Positions 1-12,526 of a stretch of DNA of 64,000 nt are shown here, piece after piece. The notes beneath the pieces were generated by a model that searched no databases, had not been told where the DNA came from, and worked only from the letters and a program-made list of their open reading frames with translations. The stretch covers positions 48,732,001 through 48,796,000 of the forward strand of contig NC_092344.1 of the NCBI RefSeq assembly GCF_963676685.1. Reading direction: 5' to 3'. How positions within the stretch are numbered: the stretch's first letter is position 1; each line of letters begins with the position of its first letter. The stretch is from Mytilus edulis (Eukaryota). A program made the position numbers and the translations under genes.

Positions 1-838
1 TGCTTATATTGGTGATTTTGAATCTTTTCAAAGTTTTGATTTTCTACCCTATATACCACATTGCCTCACTTTCTCATTAAGAAAAAAACACACACCTAAT
101 TAAATGGGCATTTAAAAAGTTAGAATGTGAATATATATATTCAAACTCTTTTAGGTCATTTTTAGTAGCAATAAACAAAAGAACTATGTCAATTGGACTA
201 CTTTGAAACTATATCTGCCCTTGATCTTTTACTATTTAACATTTTTGATCGCTTTGGAGATTCCGTATATCGCCAGGTTATCGGAATTCCAATTGGGATT
301 AACTGTGCACCACTTATTGCGGACCTGTTTTTTTGTATTGCTACGAGTTACATTTTATGACCAAAATCAGCAAAGACCCATCGAAACAACATCTGATACA
401 CAAATTTAATAATACTTTTAGATATTTGGATGATATTTTGGCTCTCAATAATGACGACTTCAGTATGTATACTAAAGAAGTTTATCCTGTTGAACTTACC
501 TTGAGAAAAATTTATGAATTACTGAAAAATTATTACACCAGGGTTTTCGATATCACAAACTAGTCAAAACAATTACTAAATTTTATCATCGGTATAAGGA
601 CATCATTCGTAAATATAGCTCAACATGCAGACTTCTTATACGTTCAGGTATTTCACATCCAATATTTTATGGAAATATTCTTTAGAAAGCACAAAAATGT
701 CAGTATTCACCTCAGAAGCTAACAAAACCTTTAAATAGACTTATTTAGAAGGGATATAGTTACGATACTGTTGTCAGGTCATTAAAGATTGCATATTTTG
801 GCGTTGATTCACTTATAGGGTCTTTGCATCGGAACTAA
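1..838 (+). mobile_element. Penelope-like retroelement, RT/thumb region, degenerate (copy 1; 5' part lies outside the window)
   Basis: Frameshifted RT motifs QVIGIPIG.NCAPLIADLF(L)YCYE and FNNTFRYLDDILALNN...KEVYPVEL, then thumb TEKLLHQGFRYHKLVK. Stop TAA at 836-838. Near-identical to 26837-29487. Confidence 0.85.
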
Positions 839-892
839 ACACATTTATTCAAAAACCAGTTATTGGCATGACACGGGTTATGTTCTTCTCAT

Positions 893-953
893 ATATGTTA
901 TGATGGTATGATACTAAACCTCTAACGGGAAGGATCGTGCCTGATATTCATAT
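893..953 (+). promoter_or_regulatory. Putative form-2 SECIS element downstream of the Penelope-like ORF (copy 1)
   Basis: ATGA at 900-903, helix GGTATGATACT (905-915) pairing with AGGATCGTGCC (931-941), unpaired AAA at 916-918, apical mini-stem, TGAT at 942-945, lower helix ATATG/CATAT. Confidence 0.7.
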
Positions 954-999
954 GATGAAATCATAATCTTTCTATCGGTTTAATTGAAGTCTGGAGCTG

Positions 1000-1420
1000 G
1001 CATGTCAGTTAACTGCTAGTAGTCTGTTGTTATTTATGTTTTATTGTCATTTTGTTTATTTTCTTTGGTTACATCTTCTGACATCAGACTCGGACGTCTC
1101 TTGAACTGAATTTTAAATGTGCGTATAGTTATGCGTTTACTTTTCTACATTTGCTAGAGGTATAGGGGGAGGGTTGAGATCTGGCCTTTGTTAGTCTTGT
1201 ATTATTTTAATTTTAGTTTCTTGTGTAAAATTTGGAAATTAGTATGGTGTTCATTATCACTGAACTAGGATATATTTGTTTAGGGTCCAGCTGAGTAACG
1301 CCTCCAGGTGCGGGAATTTCTTGCTACATTGAAGACCTGTTGGTGACCTTCTGCTGTTGTTTTTTCTATGGTCGCGTTGTTGTCTCTTTGACACATTCCA
1401 CATTTCCATTCTCAATTTTA
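1000..1420 (+). repeat. Dispersed repeat, probably the 3' tail of the Penelope-like element
   Basis: The same sequence occurs at about 29650-30125 (+), about 43375-43860 (-) and as a fragment at about 13610-13760. Confidence 0.65.
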
Positions 1421-2701
1421 TGCATACTATTTATTGCTAGTACATGACTTAAATATTTTTTTACTTACATCTGACAAATAAAGTCCCGTAACTCCGGAAC
1501 AACAAGCAAATCGAAAGAATTTTTTTTCGATAGGCTTTTAAATCAAATCATAAGTGACTTTAAGAAATCGTATATTGTTATGTTTATATGTTTTATTCAT
1601 CTTCCAATTTAATTTTAAATTTTAAATTTTTTATATAAAACTTTATTTTAAAGCTAGTGAATTAAATGTTGTTTCTCCTAAAACAAATGTTGTTGGAAGT
1701 ATTCGGCAGCAAGAATAAAACAAATGAAAATATAATTTCTAAATTTTATTCGACCGAGCGTTTTTTTTATAGATTTTCCTTCGTATGCACAAAGCAAACA
1801 ATGCGTGAGCCAAGTATTGAAACACGGGAAGAGTTATAGGGACCGAAAATATTTGCCAAACCACATATAAATTCAATTTTACCTGAATGAGTTGAAACCT
1901 TAGTTTCTTGATAATTTCTATATTTACATTTTAAGTAGTTTAGCAACATTTTCATTATTGAATAAAACTCCCCACTATCTGTGAGCACATCAATACGTTC
2001 AATGAAATGTAAAGAGCTTTATTTATCATGATGCGTCTAAAATTGTGATTACATATATCGGATATGAAATTTATCTTTAATACTATTCTCCTCACAGTTA
2101 AAACACGACTTCTCATGAACGCATTGCCGTTCAGACATGTACCTTCCGGGTTCCAGTTTAAGGAGAAAAAACTTACACGTATAGCGCGCAAGACGAGCAC
2201 TTCTGTGTCATCTCTATTCTTCGAATCAGCATTGAACACCTTGCCCCATGTCGCAGGACAATTTTCCATTGTTTAACGCAACAGACCGGTGTATTAGATT
2301 TTAAGACTGGTACCTTTGATAACTATTCTTTCCCTTCGCCGAAATTTTCATGATTAATGTACATCATCAATAAATTTGTATCCACATCTTAATTGTATAT
2401 AGTTATCAAAGGTACCAGGATTATATATTTCTTGGATAAGTGTTTTTAATACTCGTTGAATTCAACTTTTTTTTGATAGATTAATGTAAATTGATGAACT
2501 GAAGTAATATTCTATCTAGTGTATTTAAAAATTTCATACTATATAATTGAGTAAAAGAGTCGAGCTAATTAAACATTAAAAACATTTACCTTTTACCTCA
2601 CTACTATTTTTGGATTCTGAATCGGTTTCGGTTTCAGTTTTGGTATCGGTTTCGGTTTCGGTATCGGCTTAGGATTTGTTCGTCAGATATGGAAGTATAT
2701 A

Positions 2702-3981
2702 TGTTACAGTGAATTTGTATAATCAGGGATTATGCAGAATCCCTATTTTTTTTAGGGATTATGTAGAATCACTAAAAACATTAGTGATTATATAGATTCC
2801 CTGAAAATGACCAGTGATTTTGTATAATCACTGATAATTTTAATTATTATTCTACACATTCCCTAATATGATTTCAGGGATTATCAATAATTAAAAGCTT
2901 CAAAGATGATATCTCAAACCAATTACACTAGTGGTTCCAGCAAGGATTTGTATAGTCTTACTATACAAATCCTTGGTTCCAGGAAAGGGAGATCCCAAAA
3001 AACTTATGGTCAATATTCACGAAAAGGCTGAAGAAGGTTATCGCCTTGCTATATAGCATGGAATCCTGCTCGGATCTTTATACAAGAAATCAGTTTGAGG
3101 TTGCTGATTTCCCTTCATTGGTACAATTCGTACCTTCAGATGTTTGTGCTGAAAACTCTATAACTCTGAGACGTGTCGTAAAATTTGATTTGATGTTGAG
3201 GACATGGTTTTTTTTTAATTTGATATCGTAGTAAAAACAGACGTGAATTGATAGATATGCCTGTAGAAAATCAGGGTAAATGTGTAATAGTCGATGCCAT
3301 TCAAATTTAATTTGTAAATAAAATGTGTAATATTAAAATATTATACATAACATTAACATTTATCAAAACGACTGAACGCATAAAAATAGTTTTAATGACA
3401 ATTTTATTTAATTTCATATTCTCAACCTAAAAACAATTGCTAAAACAATACGATAAAAAGAATAATCATTATGCAATTTAATATTTTCATACTGACTTCA
3501 TCAACCCGCCCGTGTGGGCTCGCTTGATATTATTAATACTAATACAGTCAGTATCAAAAAGGGCTCGCTTGATATTATTACTGATAAAGTCAGCATTAAA
3601 AACAAAACATCAATTATTCTGTATATATTTTGCTTATCATTTAATTATATAGTGCTTATCATTTAAATAAATTATTTTGTGTATAACATTTCAATATGTT
3701 TGTGTCTTTCATATTAATAAATTATGCCTAACGTTTTACAATATTAAGGTTATTATTATGATATATTAAGGTTAACTTTTAAGATATTTCAATATGTTAT
3801 ATATTTTAGTATCATTTCAGTTATTCTGTATAATCCCTGACGTTTTTTCTAGTGATTATACATAATCCCTGAAAGTTTTAGTGATTATATATATTCCCTA
3901 AACTAACCAGTGATTATACATAATCCCTGAAAATTTTAGGGATTCTACATAATCCCTGATTTATACAAATTCACTGTAACA
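2702..3981. mobile_element. Non-autonomous TIR transposon with TGTTA...TAACA ends (Ginger-like), inserted in a TA run
   Basis: Imperfect TIRs of about 130-150 bp start TGTTACAGTGAATTTGTATAA and contain ~29-bp palindromic subrepeats (AGGGATTATGTAGAATCCCT). TATA flanks both sides. The element is absent at the paralogous site near 31375. Confidence 0.8.
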
Positions 3982-5829
3982 TATATATACTGGACATCAC
4001 TTCGCGGTCATGGCAAAAGTTGCAACTGGTACTTATTTCCTATAAACAATCCTCACGCAGAGAAAAAATAAAATTCTGACTAATTGATCGACAAATTACA
4101 TGACCTGGGTATTTGATTTAAAAATCTTGAGGCTTAGACACTTACAATATTAATTTTGATAATAACCCCATGGACTATTTATTTGTCATGTCCTATATAC
4201 ATATCCGATTACATCTTCATCAAGTTCAATATATAGGTTTTTAATTGGTCATTTTTATATTTTGTTGACAAAAGATTCACAACATTTGATAAAATAAATC
4301 AACCAAAATATACGAAAAAAATCTGTTGAAGATGAAAGGAGAAGAATTCGCTAATTTATATTTTTCCTATGATTTTTTTTATCAAAAAAGTTATTATATG
4401 TAACAACTTACGACGATAAAACGACATGTTATCACGTTAATAGGTGTTCCTTGATAACCTCAAAAGTGGAGGGATCTTCTCTTGAGAGAATCTTTTTGAT
4501 CCTATAGATTAATCGTAGAACATATTCACGTCGTTGTTCATAGTTTGGATTACTTTAAACACTTAAAATGTTAATGTTTCAATTTTTTAATATTTTAATA
4601 ACATAATAGAAATGAAAACAACATATCAGGTAGCTTGGTCACTTTGTAATTTGTTATATACCTAGGTTTGACGATACTTTGTCATTTTTATTGGAAAACA
4701 ATTGTTATTTATAATGTCACGACGAAAAGGGGTACAGTTAGGGGATTGTTTTATCTAAAGTTAAAGATTTTAACTTTCTATAGCTAGCAATTGAATAAGT
4801 GCCATATGAATTTTTCACACTTTACATTTCCACAGCCAATCAATAAATGTAGATCTAAAATTGTAGATTCAGAAAGATTTTTAATATATATTACTGTACG
4901 AGTTTATGAATGGAAAAAAGGAAACTAAACAAACATCTCTCTCTCTCTCTCTCTCACACACACGACATCACCATTGACAATGGGGAAGAGGATCTTACAA
5001 GAAAATGTAAACATTATAAGTTAAATTACAATCGCAGAATAATGTAAACATGAAACAATAGTAAATAAAATATTTCTATTAGGTCAACAGATATTTATCT
5101 GTTGTTAATTTCATTATTATGTTATGTAGAACACATGTTTAATTTACAGTCATATGAAATTATTTTTTTTTTCTTACAAATAATGATGTTTTCGAAGTTG
5201 TTGAACCAATGCATGCACACATATACTTTAAGTAAGTCCTGTATTTGTTTTATCAACAGTAAAAGAACCTTATTTTAGTAATTTATTTTTTTGTGAATCA
5301 TCTTTAATCTTCTGAAATTGATTGGTAAGTGTAATATACAAAAACACAAAAACTAGTTAAACCAAAACCCGATCAGAATCCGTTAATTTTATCAGTAATC
5401 TTAGTACATTTTTCACACTTTCCAACAGCAGTTACACTTTGTTTATAAATATTGACCCTTGAAAAATATGTCACAACTGTAAGTTGTGAATGATAAAAAT
5501 ATGCAAGTGACACACTTGTAACATAAGTGTCTTTTTGACATATAGTCCCGTATTATGAACTTTTGGTATTATTGTCGGAAAGATTAGAACACGAATTGGA
5601 CAACATCTGACATCAATTGAAGTGACCTGGTTATTGCAAATCAGAAATTGTACATACTAACGAGTTTGATTTATTTATCTTTTCTCCATATTATCCCTTA
5701 CTTACTTGATGCGTTTGTCCTCATCCTTCCCAATTATTTTGTTTAGGGATTAGTTGACTAAGAAATTAAATCTTGGTCAGATGATGTAGCTCTATGAAGT
5801 GTGTCAAGAGTTTTGTGGTTAATTAAATG

Positions 5830-5837
5830 TATATAAA
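5830..5837 (+). promoter_or_regulatory. TATA box of the pleiotrophin-domain gene (copy 1)
   Basis: TATATAAA 65 bp upstream of ATG 5895; conserved in copy 2. Confidence 0.6.
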
Positions 5838-5894
5838 GTCGCAATCATAAGTTAAGGTCACTCCAGTTTTCTATTGTCTTTAATAAGCTACAAT

Positions 5895-8800
5895 ATGAAA
5901 AACGGGTTTGTTATTTTTGTCGTTGTCCTGGTAGCTACAGTCGCTGCTAAAAAGGGATGGAAACTCCGACAACGACAACGTAAGTCTAAAGTTTAACAAG
6001 CATTTTATTACTTTTAGTGTAAGCATTAAATTTTCAACTACCTTTACAAGCATTTAAATTAGTTTAACAATTATTCAAAATACTATAACCAGCATTTCTA
6101 TTATTTAATAAGCATTTTATTAGTTTATCAAGAATTTTGAATTAGTTTAACAAGTATTCAAATTACTATAACTAGCATTTTTATAAGTTTAACAAGCATT
6201 TGAATTACCAAAATAGTATATACTACATAGTGCACCAGACGGTCAGTCCAGGGAAATAAGCAAGACTGTCTTTCATAAAAAATTGTAAAATAACTCAAAA
6301 TCAAAAGCAGCTGACCTTGAATATATATAAAATAAAATACTATCAATAAAGAAATTATTCTGATTTGATTTTACAAATGAACAATAAAATAGCACGTTAT
6401 AAATTTGTAGCGTCCGGGGCGCTTTTCAGTATTAACGCTCAAACCAAAGGCTTATAAAACACGAATACACCAGACGCTGTATGACTAAAATGGGGAATAC
6501 AAAACATTGTTTCTTGTATCTTAAGTCAACATTGCTGGAGGGATAGAGGATATGTGTTTCTTAATAGTTTCAAAATTCATTAACTGAAATTCAAGAAAAG
6601 TAGGTTATACATTATGTCAGTACTGAAAAACTTCAATAAGAACTCTTTCGATGCCGAAAAAAGAAGATATGTAGTTAAATGTATGTTATATCCGTTTTTT
6701 GCCTGATATATTAAGATCTTGTTAGAATTATTATAAAGGATAAACATTGAACATATAAATGTGTCAAAATATTAGTAATTGAACAAAATAGGACTTTTGT
6801 TTACTTGAAGTTTTTATATGAAACCTTAAAAATGAATAAAATATCTTTTCAGGATGCAAATATGATAAAAGTGCATGGAGTGACTGTGACACAACAACAA
6901 ATACCGTCAGCCGAGTTTTGACTCTAAAATCCGGCGAGGAAGGATGCCAACAGACACAGAACCAATCTATAACATGTGATAGGTTTGAAAGACTACAAGC
7001 ATGGATAATAAACATGATAAAAAAGACGGAAAAAAGAAGAGAATGGCAAGAACTGAAACAACAAAGAAAAGAACAAAAGCAAGAGATGATAGTCATGAAA
7101 GAGAATAAACAGCTTGTGAAAGAGCAAATTAAAAGTAAGAAAATATATGAGAATGATTGAAAAATATTATCTTACACATAAAATATTGTTATTTACTAAC
7201 ATAATCAGAATTTTGACGATTTTGATGCAGGTTGTGATTGCTAAAACAATCGCTTCCTAATAAATTAAGCTTTAAAATTCATTTCGGTAAGAGTACGTAT
7301 CGTATATATAGACAGACAAATTTAGAATATATTGTAATAATGAGTAATTAAAAATATTTATGTAATTTTTTTCGAGTCATATTATCTTCAGATAACCCAA
7401 TTTCTTCTTAATTGAAGTCAATAAAAAATATGTAACTGTATATCAAACATCATAAGTAGTACTGATTTTATTCTTCTAACTATCACTCTTAAGTTTAAAA
7501 CGATTCTCTGATACTAAGAATATAATTAAACGATTTTTTTAATCAATATAATTATCTAAATCGGTATGTATTAAATAAAACTTCGTTATTCAAAAACATA
7601 CCATCAAACGCTACTTCTATGATCAGTCTAGTCAGTTCTAAATGTGATATATTTTTCTTTAAATTTGGGCAAGGTTTTCCATGATTTTGGGAACAAAATT
7701 TGGGGTAAAAATAGGGGGGACACCGACTTCGTTTTGTCACTACAGCAATCTCAATTTCGTGTTTTATGAAATAATCTCGCCTTTCATTTCGGTAGACCTA
7801 CGTCTCAGAATCTTCTACCTACTGAATAAAAGATAATTTCTTCTTGTCCTGAAAAAAGAATTAAACATTTGCCTCTGGCTGATAAACAAACTACAATTAA
7901 TCATATGGAAATTAAGAGCATAGCATATAAAACATGATTGTTTCCTGTCTACCATACCGTTGTCTATTGTATAAATCAATTCTGTTTGATAAAATGATTT
8001 GTCTCTCTTTGATCAGTATATAGGAAAACAAAAAAGTGGTGCAAAAATATTTCTGATTTTGGATTTTCTGGATTTACATTAATCAGGGATGTTAACTCAA
8101 AACTTAACATTGTGAGAGCGGTGATAAATGAGAAAAATCGGGAACCTTTAAATATCAGTATTTTATTTTTGTAAACGAATGAATGTTTTGTTTGGTTTGC
8201 ATTCGAATTGGTCCATGCATGGAGTCAATAAACGTGATTTTTTCATTTGTAGTATCTTTAATAATATTGCGATCATGTTTTTTTATAAAGGATGTCGTTA
8301 TGAACACAGTGATTGGAGTGAGTGCGATCAAGCAAAAAATACAGTAACCCGAAATTTTACTTTGAGTGAAGGCGAACAGGGTTGTGAACAATCACACACT
8401 ATCACCATAACTTGTGACAAACAAAATAGAATATAGGCATGGAAAGCAAAGAAGAAGGACCGTAAACAGAAAAGAATAGACGAAAAATTGCAAATGAAGC
8501 AAGATAGAAAAGAGAAAAGAAAACTTGCAAAAGAACAAAGACTAAGTATGTATAAATTTTAAATTTAATTTACTACTGTTGTTTATTCGGTATTATCTAT
8601 CTATGATGGTATACAACCAGCTTTTCATCATACAAATAATTAAGGTTAAAATGTACTTGGAAATGTCATATTCGGTCAGGAGCGTACCAGATTAAATTCA
8701 TTTGATAAGCGCATGGAAAGTACACCCTTGTTGTTAGGGGGTTGCCAGTTATACTTGTGTTTTTACATTTGTTGTTTGATTTTTTAACACAAATATATAC

Positions 8801-10001
8801 TATGCTCAAACATTGATATTCAAACTTCTTTGTAAAATATGTTAATTCTTTGTATTTATTCTCATCACAATTTATTTCAGAATGCAAATACGACAAGGAA
8901 GACTGGAGTGAATGTGATAACACAACAAACACAGTAACCCGAGTTATGACATTAAGGGATGGAGAAGAAGAAGAATGCGAACCAATAATAAATGTCATCA
9001 TTTCATGTTCAAAGTTTGAGCGTATTCAACAGTGGAAAGCAAGAAAAATGGAGCGCAAGAACGAAAAGAAGGAGAATAAAATGTTTATTAGAGAACAGAA
9101 AAATATGTGGAAAGAAAATAAAAAGATAGTGAAGGAACAGCGTAGACGTAAGTAAATAAATGAAACGAACCAAACAATTAAACAACAACATAACAAAATT
9201 ATAATTACAAAAAGGTGAAACTTTCAGTAACAATTAAGATCTCGTAAACAAAACATTAGCGGATTCCTGGATTACAAAATACACATGCTAATGATTGAAA
9301 GGTTAATTTTATAGACTGTACAATGAAATCAATGCAATTTAGCGAACAAGATAGTCTACAGATCAAAAACAGTCTTTTACAGGGGAAAGATGTCTATACA
9401 ATATGTCAAGCTCTTAATCACCTCCTTGTTTACAAAATGATGTTTTAGTCATGTCTGGTTATTCGTTCAAGTAAATAGATTGCTTTTTAATTTAAAAAAA
9501 AAGTATTTTGAATTTAACCTTGCTAGCTTAAAGGGTATCCCATTTAATTGATTAACCGCGTTGTTATTATTCACGAACAAAAACTTCTCATACCAAATTT
9601 AAAAGATTTCAGAATGATTCTTAATCAACAACACTTTCTCCTATTTTTTGGTTTCCGTTGCATACACGGATCGACTCTACATATTTAAAGACAGGGCTTA
9701 AAGAACTGCCTGTATATATTTTTATATTATATTTTATGAATATAGGTTTATATTGACATGTTTATTTTCAGTCGGATGCAATTTTGATGTAACCTTTAGT
9801 GAATGTGATCCTACAACCAACATGGTTACAAAATCGTACATACCAACAACAGATGATGATGATTCATGTGAAAACAGGTCATTTGAATATTCATGTGATT
9901 TGCATGAAAGATTAATGGAAAAGAAGAGAAAACGTCAAGACAAAAGAGTCAACAGAGAAATAAATAGGAAGGAATTTAGACAGCAGAGGCTTCTGATCTA
10001 A
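5895..10001 (+). pseudogene. Secreted four-domain pleiotrophin/midkine-like gene, copy 1, with a premature stop in exon 3
   Basis: Exons 5895-5979, 6853-7134, 8291-8545, 8881-9147 and 9772-10001; all introns GT-AG and phase 1. Signal peptide MKNGFVIFVVVLVATVAA. TAG at 8434-8436 where copy 2 has CAG. AATAAA at 10238-10243. It could still encode a 170-aa two-domain protein or an exon-3-skipped form. Confidence 0.75.
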
Positions 10002-11897
10002 ACCAAAGAGTTTAGAATAATGATCAAGAAGAAATCCACTTTTCATTATGTACAATGTATTAAGACTGAGAAAAAAGTTAGTTCAACCCTGCGTCAAATT
10101 GTTTTCTATACATATGAAAGTGACAGAGAACATGTGACTAGGTGGTTTACTAATATCAATTGCGAAAATAGGCTGATATTGAAATCTAGATAATTTGCAA
10201 TCTAAATATAATACATTTTTTAAACTAAACTTCTTTTAATAAATATTGTACAAGTCTTCTTTGACTGTTATTTTTCTATCGCAGTCTTTGGAATCATACG
10301 CAATACTTGTGTTGCTGAAGTCTTGTATTAGAAGTTGATGATGTGATTTCCGGATCTTGTTTTATGGTAGGCTTTTTTTTTGTTAAATCGACCTTAAACT
10401 CGCACACAATTCGAAATATGATACTTTAAAAGACGATACAATTTTAATGCATCAACAATTGCATGATAATATTGAAAACACCAAGTGTCCACCAGATCTC
10501 CTAGATAATATACTTATATAACAGCTGCTACAATATTTCATATTCTTTTCACAGATTTTATTGTAAAAGATACTAATAGATATTTTCTACTTTTGCGAAT
10601 CCACATTCAGTGTATAGTCATTATCAGAAAGTTGTAACTTAACAGACCAGTTTATCAGACTAGTATCTAAAAAAATAAATTTGTGGTTGTTGATTGACAG
10701 AGGCCGATCATTGTGATATTTTATGCATTCCAAATTTTCTACTATTAAGGTCGCTTTGTGTTTAATAAAGGTTTCAGTTAACAATGTTATGTTTAAATGC
10801 GTACATGTATACAGTAAAAGCGCACAGGAAAAGAACAAATGTAATCAGTCAACCTAATTTGACCGAGAGTAATAAACATTGATAATCATTGCCATATATT
10901 AAGAAAACAACAGTATAATGTAAAATCATTAATGTTATAACATACAATAACAACCACTAGACACAGAAAAATGCAAAGGGAAACGTATAGCAAAAACAAC
11001 CGAACTTGAAGGCAAATTTTAAAGGGGAAAGTCTATAAAAACTGTCAAAATCAAACGCTACATGTATCAATAAAAAAATCGAGTGAAAAACAACTTGAAA
11101 TGCATATTGTTTGCTATTATTTATCCATAAATCATGGAGGTTTTGTACATTGAACAAAAGGTGACATCTCAACGCAAGTAAAACACGGTCCAATGCAATT
11201 ATATCTATTATATATAATTTTCTAATGTTTCGGATTTTTAATTTTTTTTGTATGCATTAAAAATCCATTGAATTGCATATGAATATCGAAAAATCCTTTA
11301 TGATGAAATACAATCAATTAAAACGGTATTTAAAGAATGCTTTTACAAGTAAAGATCTTTTGCAAACATTTTAATTGATTGTATTACTGAAAATGTATCA
11401 ATGTCTCAAATACCATCCCCCTTTTTCCAGTTCTTAGATACTTCCAGTTTTCTTTAATTCATCATTGTTATATTGTATATCGAATCAAATCAAATTGTAC
11501 CTCTTGACTCCAAACGGATGATAAGAGTTATTTTCAATCGGCAAGAGGTCAACACCTCTATATATATTTCCGAATTGATCATTTGAAAATAATATTTCTT
11601 AAACATTAGTAAAAGAATAGAAATATGCTGATGAGATTGTCAAATAGTGTGCGAAGATACCTTAGGTGCAAATGAAAAAACAAAGATTATTAAAAAGCAT
11701 AGTTAAAAGGAATAACCAAACAACAGTTAACAGAAATGTGCTTTCTTCAATAAAGATTAAGCAACGAGAATCCCATCTAAACTCGGGGAAATTTGGTTGC
11801 ACCAGGACGACACCTTTCATGAAGCTTATGACAAGAGAAACTATGTTGATCAACCGGATTCTTTGGGGTTATATATAAAACAAGAAAATATGTATCT

Positions 11898-12226
11898 AAG
11901 GGAGCTACAATTTGATTTTTATGGTGGGGGGGGGGGGGGGGGGGGGGGGCTAGGATGAAATTTGAAAAAAAGGCAGGACAGGATTTTGAGTTAAAAAAAA
12001 GGCAGGATGAGTAACTTGGCAAAAAAAAAGAAGGCAGGATGACAATTGTTGTAAAAGAGTCAGGATAAGCTAAGAAAAAAAAAAGGCAGGACCGAATAGA
12101 CTGAAAAATAAAAAGGCAGGACAGAGATTACAAATAAAAAAAAGGCAGGACAGAGATTACAAATAAAAAAAAGACACAATTTTTCATCCTAACCCCCCCA
12201 TAAAAAATCAAATGGTAGCTCCATTA
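11898..12226. mobile_element. MITE, PIF/Harbinger-like, upstream of the TLR pseudogene
   Basis: TIRs GGGAGCTACAATTTGATTTTTATG / CATAAAAAATCAAATGGTAGCTCC with TAA/TTA flanks and internal AAAAAGGCAGGA repeats. Absent at the paralogous site near 52390. Confidence 0.7.
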
Positions 12227-12526
12227 AGGGCTGCGTCAGGTTTAGATAAAAAAAATTATATTGGTATCACTGTATATATTTGTTTTTATACAGATATTTT
12301 TCACGTATTCTTCAGTGATTGCTCAGGGGTTTTTTGGGTTTTTTTTTTTTAATTGAGGCACAAATCATAAAATTTTCAATAAATACTGCGTTTTTATCGT
12401 CATTTTTAAGTTAGACAGGAATCTTTTGACCTTTGATAGTTTATATATCGTATCATCAAGCAATTAAATATCTAATTAAGTGCTGGATTTAACCTTGGTA
12501 CTATTAAGTAGACTTTTTTGGAAAAC

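Noticed and set aside
1767-2276. Short overlapping ORFs, also at 30253-30954
   Set aside because: No recognisable domain, and the frames are broken differently in the two copies; probably a non-coding repeat.
6764-9233. Minus-strand ORFs overlapping the pleiotrophin-like exons
   Set aside because: They are antisense shadows of A-rich coding exons, with no independent support.
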